Assembly (NCBI GenBank): GCA_000004985.1
Contig: GG738855.1
Source: Naegleria gruberi
Lineage: Eukaryota
Direction: 5' to 3' (one strand)
DNA: 64,000 nt
Shown here: positions 32,994 to 43,142 of the stretch, in pieces
Layout of the letters: the number at the start of each line of letters is the position of its first letter
Numbering within the stretch: position 1 is the first letter of the stretch
Notes under the pieces: model-generated
What the model was told of the DNA's origin: nothing
The model's database searches: none
Seen by the model: only the letters and a program-made list of their open reading frames with translations
Program-made: the position numbers and the translations under genes

Positions 32994-34062
32994 ATGTTCA
33001 AACAACCAGTTAGAGCCTCCACACATCCATTTGGTTATTCTTTATTCAAGGAATTTGGAAAAAAAGACTCGGAAAATGAAATGAAATTGAAAATTAATTT
33101 TATTGCTCGTGATGATGTACTTTTGTCAGCCTTGTCCAATATTTCCAGTGGTGATGATTTTAATTATTCGGATAGACAAGAAGAATTAAAGGAGGAATCA
33201 GAAGGAATTTATAGATTAAAGATTGGAAGACACAAAACTTGCCCTCTAAAAACTACATCTAATTGGACTGAGGAGGAAAGGATCAAATTAAGAGAATCCT
33301 TGTCAACAGAAAAACGAAAATTCAATCACATGCAAATAGCCACGGCTGTTCTAATTGAGAATGAGGCAACAAATGAAGTTTTAATTACAAAAAGGCCAAA
33401 ACATATGTATGTTTAATCTATTATTAATTTGTAATTGAATGAAATATTATGATTTTTAATATCGTTATTATCATGATTTTCAATGTAGGAGGTAAGTAGA
33501 TTTTAAGTTATATTAATTACATTTTCTCATCAGAGGATTTCCAAATACGTATGTAGTACCGGGTGGGTCGATTGAACCAGTGGACGAAACTATTTTTCAT
33601 GCAGTTATAAGGGAGGCTATGGAGGAAACTGGAATAGTTTTGGAAAAATCATCACTGAAACCAATGTATTGTTGGGAGAGTTGTTTTCCAACCTCAATAG
33701 AATTCGGAACTCCATTAAGGCACCATCTGATTATTTATTTTCATGCCAAAGTCAATTTGTTTGAAAAGAATGCATCAACAGAGGAAAGGTACAAGAATTT
33801 GAAATTGCAGAGAGAGGAAGTTGAATCTGCTAGTTGGATTGATTTGTCAATTGCCAAAAAACTTTCTGAGCATCTTGAAGAACCTGCAGATGAACAGGTT
33901 TATCAGAATCAGTTTTTTGAAACCTATAATATTGATGGAGAGTATTCTCATTCACCTCTAAAGGTATTATTCAGCACTGATTCAACAATAGGAAAGGAAA
34001 GGTTGACAACAGGTACACGATTTCTCATTTCTGATTGGTTCTCAATGCATAAAGATTTGTGA
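32994..34062 (+). CDS. Nudix hydrolase, 2 exons: 32994..33406 and 33534..34062, 127-nt GTATGT...CATCAG intron
   Basis: The Nudix box is reconstituted across the splice (KRPKHI-GFPNTYVVPGGSIEPVDETIFHAVIREAMEETGIV). The start lies only 21 nt after the upstream gene's stop. Confidence 0.8.
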
Positions 34063-34130
34063 GAATTCTTCTTCTTATTTTTTTGTAAATATTTGGTAGA
34101 AAATTGTACATTCGAAACTGCCAAGTTTAT

Positions 34131-35262
34131 TTAAACCTCAATTCTATGGACATTGAAAAAATAGTTGGCCATATATTTAGCTTCTGCTTCATTTTCTGGA
34201 ATGTAGAAAGTTTCAGGAGATACAATTTGAGAGGCTCTTGTTCTTAATTCAGATGAAGAAAGGTTAGTACCGATGGCAATGATTGGACCCTTGGCAATTT
34301 CTTGCTTTGTTGAGGAACAATTTTCAGACTTGTCAAATATTAAATCTATTTCAGGCTTGGAGAATTTGTGTTCCTTAGTGTGAATGACTTCAGAAACAAC
34401 CTTTGGTAAGAATTGTTCTGCATCATTATATCTACCAGGTAAGAAGATAATAACATTGGATGGAACATTTTCTTTGAGTTTTGTTGGAGGAATTGGACAA
34501 GATTTTTCATTTTCAGTTTCTTCATCCTTTGAAATACCAGTTTCTGGCATGGAGCTTAATGGCTTCATCCAATCAGTAATCTTGGATCGGCTGGTTGAGA
34601 ATCTATAGTTTTCTCCACCTTGAGGAGTGAAATCGTGGACAACATTCCAATGGTTATTATATACAGAAAGGCCAGATTCATGGAATTGCTTAGCAAGACC
34701 AATATAATTTGAGGCAAAACAGCTGAAAGTTACATTCGAAGATGATTCAATGACTGGTCGTGTACCACTGAAAATGCTGACTTCCAAATTATGGCAATCT
34801 CTTGTTCTGAATTGTTGGCAAGCAACAATCATCTTGACATTCTTACTTGTTCTGATGAAAATACTTCCTGAACATGGTCCAATGAAGAATCTACAATCAT
34901 CACAAGAATCAATAAATATTTGAGATGAGTTATCCAACAAATAGAAATCACAATTTTTGCACTTGTCAATATTCATAGCTTGTCCCAAAATTTGACTATC
35001 CTCAATGTTATAAGTTGGTTGTTTTCAAAAGAACTTACCCTGATGTTCTCAAAACTACTCTATCTTGGAAACCGCTCAATAAAAAGTCTTCGGCTTTCAA
35101 TTTTGAAAAATCAATTTCCTTTGGAGTTTTTTCTTTTTGTGCTTCATGACTCCAGACATATTGGAGGGGAGCTGAAGATGAATTTTTGTTGGCAGTAAAA
35201 TCTGGAGTGGTTGTCTTTTCAGTGCTCTTTGAAGAGGAGTCTTTTGTTTGTAGGCAGCCCAT
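34131..35262 (-). CDS. RP2: RP2 (XRP2) homolog with TBCC/CARP beta-helix domain; ARL3 GTPase-activating protein family. Exons 35039..35262 and 34131..34995, 43-nt GTAAGT...GATAG intron.
   Basis: N-terminal MGCLQTK (Gly2/Cys3 lipidation motif as in human RP2 MGCFFSK). Strong match to the RP2 TBCC domain (CQQFRTRDCHNLEVSIFSGTRPVIESSSNVTFSCF…GLSVYNNHWNVVHDFTP). An Arg-finger-equivalent Arg is retained (SIFIRTS). Confidence 0.85.
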
Positions 35263-35481
35263 TTCTGTTGTTTGTTGTAGGGTTATTTTTTTTAAGGTTT
35301 TGAGGTGTTGTTTTAAAATTTTGGCGCCAAAGCATGAAAGGCGCCAACTACACTTTGAAAATCATTGAGGTTTGCAAAACAGTAAAAAATGTTTCATTGA
35401 CTATCCACTCTGAACTTCGCACTTGATGGTTGATAAGGTGTGATCCAAAATAAATAATTGTAATTAATAATAAATAAAAAA

Positions 35482-36216
35482 ATGATCAACTCGGAACAAA
35501 GAAAGAAGTTTATAATATTTGATATGGGAGGTGTGCTCATCTCCACCGATTTTAACAATTGTATCAAGACAATTTACAATGAGAACAAGGAAGCATTTGG
35601 GTCGGTAACTGTTGATGACTTGCTGGACTTGTTGAAAAAACAATTTGGCCAATACAAGATCGGAGCCATCACAGAAGACGAATTTTGGGGCGTATTCTTT
35701 GAAAAGTATTTTAATGGTAGAAACTTTACATTGTATGGGAATACACTCACTTTGGAATATTTGAAAGATCAGTTCAGAAAGGATTTTATTATTCCTTTCT
35801 ATAATGGATTGGCTTTGGTGGAGGAAATTCGGGATGCTCAAAAGAAACAATTGACCAATGTATCAATTGGAATTATGAGTAATCACTCCAAAGAGTGGTT
35901 TCCATACTGTACCCAACGTTGGAAATTGGACACAATGTTCACTGAAAAATTATTGCTTGTCAACTCTAGTGATGATGATGTTCAATGTGGAAAACCTAAA
36001 TTGAAAATTATGCTACAACTTATGGCAAGAATTGAACAAGCAGGATACAAGGATGTTCAACCATCAGATATTGCATTTATTGATGATAAGCAAGCCAACG
36101 TTGATGCAACAAATGAATATGGAATGAAAGGTATTTGTTGGCATGGAAAGAAGGTACACTTAGATGTGTTGGTAAATGAATTGAAAAAGCTTGGCTTTTT
36201 GGAATGGAAAAAGTAA
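35482..36216 (+). CDS. HAD-superfamily hydrolase (phosphatase-like)
   Basis: Motif I FIIFDMGGVLIST and motif IV-like IAFIDDKQANVDAT. 244 aa. Confidence 0.6.
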   Translation: MINSEQRKKFIIFDMGGVLISTDFNNCIKTIYNENKEAFGSVTVDDLLDLLKKQFGQYKIGAITEDEFWGVFFEKYFNGRNFTLYGNTLTLEYLKDQFRKDFIIPFYNGLALVEEIRDAQKKQLTNVSIGIMSNHSKEWFPYCTQRWKLDTMFTEKLLLVNSSDDDVQCGKPKLKIMLQLMARIEQAGYKDVQPSDIAFIDDKQANVDATNEYGMKGICWHGKKVHLDVLVNELKKLGFLEWKK

Positions 36217-36218
36217 AT

Positions 36219-39200
36219 TTACTTCTTTTTGGCTTTCTTTGACTTTCCAGTCTTCTTGGCATTCTTTCTCTTCTTTGATTTAGGTTCCTCTTCCTCTGGT
36301 TCTTCCTCAGAGTATTCTTCAATATCATCATGTTCTTCCTCAGAGCACTCTTCAATATCATCTTCGTCTATTTCTTTCTTTTGAGATTTTTGAGAGAAAA
36401 GAACTGGTGAGCTAGGGGTTGGTGAACGGTCTGTCTTCTTCTTTTTTGAGGTCTTCTTTTTCTTTGGGGAACCCTTCTTATTAGAGAGACCTTGTTTTAA
36501 ATTTCTCAATTCCTCATCAATATTTTCCAATTCACCCTGAATTTCTTCAATTTCGCTCTTGTGTTTTTCAATAGTTTCTTCCTTTTGCTGTTCAGTTTGG
36601 GCATATTCTCCCTTCTCGAAAGCAATTGTTTCTCTGAGTACTTTCTTATACTCTTCAACCTTCTTCTTCTTTTCTAGCAGTAGTTTGACTTCAGGATTTT
36701 CGCTGAGTGGAGTTTGACCAAAACGGAAAACTGGTGGACCTGTAGCCTTAGAACCAGCATATACGATACCAGTTGCTTCAATTCTCTCTCCATCAAGTGT
36801 TAGAATCAATGGGACTGCTAAATTAATTTCCAGTCTCTTTTTTCTGAATGCCAAACCAGTAAGGAATGTTTCAAAAACTAAACTACTACCTAATAAATTC
36901 CAAAATGCATGTCTAATCATTTCTCGTCTAATGTCTATTTCTATCAGATTTACAGAATAGCCAACAAATCCATCTGCGTCAATTGGATCCAATCTCAATC
37001 TACCTTCATTATCCATACCTTTTGAACATTTCTGGATATTATCGAGGGGTAAAACTGGTATCTTGTGAGGGAAATTTTCTAGGAGTCGTCTCACTTTTTC
37101 CATACCATTAGAATCTTGTACAACAATACATTGCATCTTATCTCCCAAGAACCTAGAAATTGTGTCATTGTGCTTTTCATTATCTATATAACCTAGCTCT
37201 CCAAGAATTCCCACAATTCCACTATCTGTTTCCTTTTGGAGTTGTTTTACTTTCTGCAAGGCCTTGTTTTCCGCAAGGCCAACATTGCACTCTTTTTGTT
37301 TTCTACTGTTCTGTGTCTTGATCTCTAACTTCTTTTTAAGAATATTCAATAGTTTGTCAGCATTTTCCATATTTGGCATATCATTTTCGAAGTTCAATTC
37401 ATATTCTTTGATTGTTTTCAGTATATCATTCATTGTGGATCTGAAATTACTAAGCTTGAATTCATTCTCTTGGTGATTTTGCTCGGCTTTCTTAATTTCC
37501 TTCTTCAGATAATCTAGTTCACTGAGACAATTTTGTTTCTTCTCTTGGAGTTCCTTCTCAATTTGTTGAATAGCACTGTTATCAGTAAATCCAAATTCTA
37601 ACTCTTTTGGTGGAAGATTTTTAGTTGTAAAAACTAGCTTATACAAACCAGTTTCACCTGATCCCTCCTTTATGCTAACTCTTGAAAACTTGGCACGACC
37701 ATTCTCAAATTTAGCTACTAAATCCCCTTCTAGCTCAGGAAGTTCACTGTCCATGCTATCTTCTGTTGGTTGAATGGAAAGAGTGACCTTTTTAATTTTA
37801 TCATCGGCAATCACAGTATTGGAATACTTGTCTATCACTTTGAGTGAAAGTTCTTCCCAGAATGATCTTGCATCAATATTTTCTCCCATATTGGTAACTA
37901 CAGGAAGCTGGAATTTATCATTTTCTATTTCCAAAGCTTCCGGATCTCCAGGGGAGACAGCAATATCTAGAGTAGTGTTTATACTCCCATTCAGTCCAAG
38001 AATTGGAACATATGGCAATGAAGAAATGTCCAAAGTAAATCTATATCTGTAAACTCCGGATTTAGTAAATTCTTTTTCACTATTTGCGAATGTATATGTT
38101 AAACTCTTGGAAGCAGATGGGCATGATATGAATTGCCTTTTATCTCCTCCTTGAGGGTTTGCTACTTCCATAATGATTGAATTTGGAGCCTTAACAGGTT
38201 TTCCACTTTCTCCCAAAACTACAACTTCAAAAGGGTCTAAAAAGTCTCCCACCACAAGATTTGTTGTCTTATTGGTAACCTTGAGTTCTGCTGGATGGGA
38301 GCTCTTGATAATATTTACAATAAAGCAAGTCTTGTTTGCCTTTGTTAACTCGTATTCAATCCAGAAAGTATGTCTTCCCTCTGTACCTTTAACCCAAAAT
38401 TGTGGCATATAGGCTCTTCCATTTTCAATTTGTAAATCGATGGACTGATTGACTTCTCCTTGATATTGGATAATTTCAATATCAGTCTCTGGAGGTTCAA
38501 TCTCAAAGTTTCCATGTTGATGTATTACGTTACCAAACTTATCGTGTGTTGTAATGTAAAATGATGGAGTAAGATTATAATTTTCAACATCGAATACTAC
38601 CTCTCCTATCATGTCATTAACTCTCAAAGACACTGGTGGTCCTGGTTCAAGGAGAATATTTTCAATTTTACCCTCTTTGATTTTACCTCCCTTGTCAATA
38701 ATCTTCAAATGGAATTCTCCAGAAGGGCCTATCAAGCTTACATCATTATATTTAAAAAATTTAAAGTGTTCATGGTCATCCAATCCTGTTAGGAGTCGTA
38801 GTTTGTCGAAATCACAAATTTCAATACTTTCTGCTTCACCATTCAATTGAGAAACTATTTCAATTGAAGGTTCAATATTCTCAAGTTCTGGATAATTTTC
38901 ATTACTCTCGTTATCCATCCTATTTCCAAATGCATCCATAATACTGAACTTAACACTGAACTTTTGTTCACATTTAAGTTTTTCAGGTATTGACTTTCTC
39001 TCTATTTTAAATATGCATGGAGGCCCTGTTATGACACGTAAATTAATGGTAAAGTTTGCTATTATCATATCTGTGTCAATATCATCATCGTTCTGTACGG
39101 AATCTCCTGCTGCTTTGGAGAGTATATCGACAAAATATTTAGTAGTTTTAAAAATTTGTGGAACTACTAGAGTTGGTAATTCGCAAATACCTTTTTTAAC

Positions 39201-42200
39201 TTCTAAAAGATTGGCTTTACACCATGAAGCTCTGGCGTATGCATCAATCTCTATCCTTTCGTACATTTCATTGCATAATTCCAAATTCCATCCAACTAGT
39301 TCTGAACTGACTATTGCATTCACTGTTACTTTAAGTGCAGATCTCTCCTTGATCATATTCTTTTCCTCAGTGGTTCTAGTTAGGAGGTTAAATGAAGAAG
39401 GTTTTGCAACTGAAGCTGATTCAATAGTAAGTGGAACATCAATGCAAATATCTTGGTAACTTAGTGTTATATATGCCTCTTTTCGTTGAGAACTACTTTG
39501 AGAGCTTCCTATAGCTATATTTTTGAATTGGAAATAACCAGTTTCAGTATTAAAGGTACCAGAAGCTTCTTCTTTCAAACATTCTCCTTTTACGGTTATG
39601 GTGAGAGGGGTAAAGTCATCTTCACCATCATAAAAACATGGAATGTAGATTTGATTATTTTTCTCATCCAGTAATTTGGCCTCAATATCTGGTAGAATTT
39701 TCTTTACAGAGTTTCCTGACAAGGCAGTAGCTGCATCTTCAGAAAGTTGAATAGTGTGAACGGCTCCAGCAAATATCACCATATCAATTTCAAGAGGTTG
39801 CATAATTAGACCAAATGCTATCACTAATTTTGTTTTTACAAACTTGTTGGAACCTAATGGAGCACTTTTAACAACAAGCTCAGTAATTTCTATTTGATTG
39901 CTATTGTTGAAGGAGGCCTTAAATGAGGATAGTTCTACGGTATCATCAGTTGTTGTAATTTTAAGTTCTTCCGTAATGTTACAAGTTGTCTCTTTGAAAG
40001 GAACAACATTACCATACGTGTCTTGTTGTTCAATGATTAGTGTGGGGAATGGTTTGTCAATAAAGGTTAAAAGGGAATCCTTGAGTTGACTCTTATCTAA
40101 AAGAGATTTGGCACCTTTAACTTTTGGTAAATTGTTGGAAAGTGACAGAGTGGATGGCGCCGCAGCAGTTACATCAATTTTTACCACCTTTGCTTTGATT
40201 CCACTGTCCTCAGAAGAGGATAATTCCAAAATATAAGTACCCACAGATGTAAATTCTGGCTTCAGCTTGTAAGGCTTGAAGCAATGCACTCCTTTTTTAA
40301 AAGCCTTTGTTGAAGTGAGTGACTCATTAAGTTTTTGTTCTTCTTCATTATCACCTTCATAGGTTATGGTCAAAGTAACTGGGTAGAGTTGGTTTGTCAC
40401 AACCTTGTGATCTCCTGTCATTATACAAGCCGACAGGTATTTGAGAGAATATCCAGCTGTAACAGCGTCAGGTGGTGGTCTTCTCTCTCTTGCAGTAACA
40501 TTTGGTGTATCTACAACATCTATATAGCTCGGTAGCTTATTTTTCATTTTGCTGACTTCAGCTTTAAACTCTTGCTTGGTGAGAAGGTTTTGTACTTTTG
40601 ATATTGGAAAGCACTGTCCATTCTTTGAATCATCTGACTCCTTTTCAGGTGACCATTCCTTAACTACAATAGTTACAGAGTATTCTTCTGATGACATGTC
40701 CCTAAACATATCAACAAGAGTTCCAATAATTTTAGGTCTAGTTTTCATGACTAGATAATCTCCAATGGAATAATTTGTTTGTCCGTATTTGATCTTTTTG
40801 TAGAATGTTTTCATACCCTTTCCTTCTTTTTGAGTTCTTTCGAAATCACATTCGTCAAAAATTATTTCTTCATCTAATTTTTTGTGGCATTCCTTAATCC
40901 ATTTTCTATACCTCTGTGTCAAGTTTCTTTCGCTGTAATTTAAAAGTGCTTGACAGAGTGCTGTTTGTTTGCAAAGGTACATTTTGTTGGCCGATACTTC
41001 AAAATTAGAATCAAAAAAGAGCATTCCCTTAATTCTTCTATAGCAATTTTCTGGAATATCCCTATTACTTCTTTCCTTCTCCATAAAAGGTAAATTTTTG
41101 ATTTTTTCATTAGCTAACAGTCTACCATTCCAAAAGCATTCAAATCCAGGATTTCTTTCGCTCAGAGGTACTTCTTGGTCAGTAGGAATATATTTTCCTC
41201 CTTCCAAATATAATTCTTCTGGTATTGGAAGAGTTTCTCTTCCTTGTTTGAAAGGATAGTAATAAATTATTCCTCTCACTGTGCTATTAATTATCGACAC
41301 TCCATATTGGGATGATGTTGGCAGGGTCATTTCAGGCGCGTTCAAATTTTCTCCATTTTTGACACTGAGTTTGATTTCAAAAGTGAACGGTGACTTTCCC
41401 TCCTGAAGATATAATGTTTCCATGTCCTTGTCTTCATTCGATATGGCTGTGCCATCTACTTTCATTATGACATTTTTAGGTTGCTTTAATTGCCATAAAT
41501 CGTCTTCATCAATTGAGGGCATCTTTGTTTTCTTTTGAGACTTGATTGGTGGCATTTCTTCCTCCTCTCCTTCGGAAAGATCATCAATATCACTCATGTT
41601 ATCATTTTCATCAGGATCTTCAATAATATCTCTTCCTTCCTTATTACCATCAGTTCCATGTATATAATAGTGATAGATGTGGCCTAAACGCTTCTTGATA
41701 ATTGCTGGATCATATCTATCGACATAGACCTTCTTAATGTCCGAAATTGTAAAGTGAGTAAAGCTTTCCCATTGTTTTTCTGTATCAGTTGGAGGTCTAG
41801 AAATACAATTGGCTTTCCATTGTTTGTCTTTTCCTGAAGTAAAATCTTGCTCCAACTTTTGCCTTGAAAGGGAAACTTCATAAACAAATCTTGAATCTTT
41901 TGGTTTTGAGACAAGAGTGACTTCATCTCCCAAGTTGAAAATGGCCTTCTTGGAACCTACACCATACCTGGAAAAGTCTGACGTAACAAATTTATCAAAA
42001 AACCTTCTGCGGAGTGGTGCCTTTTCTCTTGTTGGCAACTTGGAATCATCAACTGGGGCTTCAGTAATACCAAGAGTAGCCCAATTGACTAAGGTTTTAA
42101 AATTCATTCCTCTTCCATTATCCCAAATATGGAGCTTGCTTGTAAGTTCATTACTCTGTGTAGGCTTTTCAAATCGAATTTCGATAAGCCTTTCATTCTT

Positions 42201-43037
42201 GTTGAGGACAGTGTTTTGAATAGAATTGTCCAAAATTTCAGCAAGAGCGGTAATGAAGTCATATTCATCTCCTCCGTGAATTAAAATATTTACATGAGGT
42301 ACAATATCTACAGTCAATTGTAAATTAGCCTTAACTTTAGAAGATGATTCAGAAGTATTTTGGCCATTTTTCAATGTCAATATAAAACACCCATGACTCG
42401 AAGTGGGTGGTAAGTTTCTTGTCGAATGAGCACTTTGATTAATGTCGTCTAATATGATAACTTCGTTGGTGTTTGCCTTAGATTTTCCAATTTGAGATGC
42501 ATCTAAATCGGCATCCTTTACATCCTTATCATCCAAATTTCTAATAGATTCAATTTCATTCACAGATTTTAATTTAAAAATCTCACAAATGTAATGTTTC
42601 AATTGATTCACACTTGAAATTTTAGATTTAGGCCCAACAAGTTTTGTTTTTCCAGTGTGGGCATCCACAATCTTGTACATTGTTGGATCTGAATTTTCTT
42701 CGATTTTTGCAGTTGTCTCATCGTTTAATTTGGTTTTTTTTCTTGATGGTTCTATTTCTTTCTTAATTTTAGTTTCTGTCACTGTTGGTGGTTGACTTGC
42801 AAGTTTTGTTGGTTGTGATGATGATTTTGTTGTTTCTTCCGATTCCGATATTTCTTCATATTCGTCAATAATATTACTATCATCTTGGTCTTCCAAATAT
42901 TTACTACTGTTATTGGAGGTACTCTTGTAACCATTTTCCTCATCGTTCTCTGAGGAGGTTCTCTTTTTAGATTTCTTTGCCGTTGTTGATGAAGAATTTT
43001 TGCTGTTCGTCTTTTTGCTTGATGACTTTGGAGGCAT
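36219..43037 (-). CDS. SMCHD1-like giant protein (2272 aa from ATG): N-terminal GHKL/MORC-type ATPase and C-terminal SMC hinge domain, with an acidic/basic low-complexity tail
   Basis: GHKL N-box and G1 box (LAEILDNSIQNTV … LHIWDNGRGMNFKTL). The C-terminal SMC hinge consensus GIVGILGELGYIDNEKHNDTISRFLGDKMQCIVVQDSNGMEKVRRLL…LTLDGERIEATGIVYAGS is preceded by a coiled coil. Single uninterrupted ORF; ATG at 43037 (MPPKSSSKK). Confidence 0.75.
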   Translation of the reverse strand: MPPKSSSKKTNSKNSSSTTAKKSKKRTSSENDEENGYKSTSNNSSKYLEDQDDSNIIDEYEEISESEETTKSSSQPTKLASQPPTVTETKIKKEIEPSRKKTKLNDETTAKIEENSDPTMYKIVDAHTGKTKLVGPKSKISSVNQLKHYICEIFKLKSVNEIESIRNLDDKDVKDADLDASQIGKSKANTNEVIILDDINQSAHSTRNLPPTSSHGCFILTLKNGQNTSESSSKVKANLQLTVDIVPHVNILIHGGDEYDFITALAEILDNSIQNTVLNKNERLIEIRFEKPTQSNELTSKLHIWDNGRGMNFKTLVNWATLGITEAPVDDSKLPTREKAPLRRRFFDKFVTSDFSRYGVGSKKAIFNLGDEVTLVSKPKDSRFVYEVSLSRQKLEQDFTSGKDKQWKANCISRPPTDTEKQWESFTHFTISDIKKVYVDRYDPAIIKKRLGHIYHYYIHGTDGNKEGRDIIEDPDENDNMSDIDDLSEGEEEEMPPIKSQKKTKMPSIDEDDLWQLKQPKNVIMKVDGTAISNEDKDMETLYLQEGKSPFTFEIKLSVKNGENLNAPEMTLPTSSQYGVSIINSTVRGIIYYYPFKQGRETLPIPEELYLEGGKYIPTDQEVPLSERNPGFECFWNGRLLANEKIKNLPFMEKERSNRDIPENCYRRIKGMLFFDSNFEVSANKMYLCKQTALCQALLNYSERNLTQRYRKWIKECHKKLDEEIIFDECDFERTQKEGKGMKTFYKKIKYGQTNYSIGDYLVMKTRPKIIGTLVDMFRDMSSEEYSVTIVVKEWSPEKESDDSKNGQCFPISKVQNLLTKQEFKAEVSKMKNKLPSYIDVVDTPNVTARERRPPPDAVTAGYSLKYLSACIMTGDHKVVTNQLYPVTLTITYEGDNEEEQKLNESLTSTKAFKKGVHCFKPYKLKPEFTSVGTYILELSSSEDSGIKAKVVKIDVTAAAPSTLSLSNNLPKVKGAKSLLDKSQLKDSLLTFIDKPFPTLIIEQQDTYGNVVPFKETTCNITEELKITTTDDTVELSSFKASFNNSNQIEITELVVKSAPLGSNKFVKTKLVIAFGLIMQPLEIDMVIFAGAVHTIQLSEDAATALSGNSVKKILPDIEAKLLDEKNNQIYIPCFYDGEDDFTPLTITVKGECLKEEASGTFNTETGYFQFKNIAIGSSQSSSQRKEAYITLSYQDICIDVPLTIESASVAKPSSFNLLTRTTEEKNMIKERSALKVTVNAIVSSELVGWNLELCNEMYERIEIDAYARASWCKANLLEVKKGICELPTLVVPQIFKTTKYFVDILSKAAGDSVQNDDDIDTDMIIANFTINLRVITGPPCIFKIERKSIPEKLKCEQKFSVKFSIMDAFGNRMDNESNENYPELENIEPSIEIVSQLNGEAESIEICDFDKLRLLTGLDDHEHFKFFKYNDVSLIGPSGEFHLKIIDKGGKIKEGKIENILLEPGPPVSLRVNDMIGEVVFDVENYNLTPSFYITTHDKFGNVIHQHGNFEIEPPETDIEIIQYQGEVNQSIDLQIENGRAYMPQFWVKGTEGRHTFWIEYELTKANKTCFIVNIIKSSHPAELKVTNKTTNLVVGDFLDPFEVVVLGESGKPVKAPNSIIMEVANPQGGDKRQFISCPSASKSLTYTFANSEKEFTKSGVYRYRFTLDISSLPYVPILGLNGSINTTLDIAVSPGDPEALEIENDKFQLPVVTNMGENIDARSFWEELSLKVIDKYSNTVIADDKIKKVTLSIQPTEDSMDSELPELEGDLVAKFENGRAKFSRVSIKEGSGETGLYKLVFTTKNLPPKELEFGFTDNSAIQQIEKELQEKKQNCLSELDYLKKEIKKAEQNHQENEFKLSNFRSTMNDILKTIKEYELNFENDMPNMENADKLLNILKKKLEIKTQNSRKQKECNVGLAENKALQKVKQLQKETDSGIVGILGELGYIDNEKHNDTISRFLGDKMQCIVVQDSNGMEKVRRLLENFPHKIPVLPLDNIQKCSKGMDNEGRLRLDPIDADGFVGYSVNLIEIDIRREMIRHAFWNLLGSSLVFETFLTGLAFRKKRLEINLAVPLILTLDGERIEATGIVYAGSKATGPPVFRFGQTPLSENPEVKLLLEKKKKVEEYKKVLRETIAFEKGEYAQTEQQKEETIEKHKSEIEEIQGELENIDEELRNLKQGLSNKKGSPKKKKTSKKKKTDRSPTPSSPVLFSQKSQKKEIDEDDIEECSEEEHDDIEEYSEEEPEEEEPKSKKRKNAKKTGKSKKAKKK

Positions 43038-43142
43038 TTTATTCTTGTGTTTGTTGGAATACCAACGAGAAATATTTTGGCGCCAAATCTTTAAAGATAA
43101 AAATACAGATCTCGTAACTAATGCCATGTTATTGGAAACACC

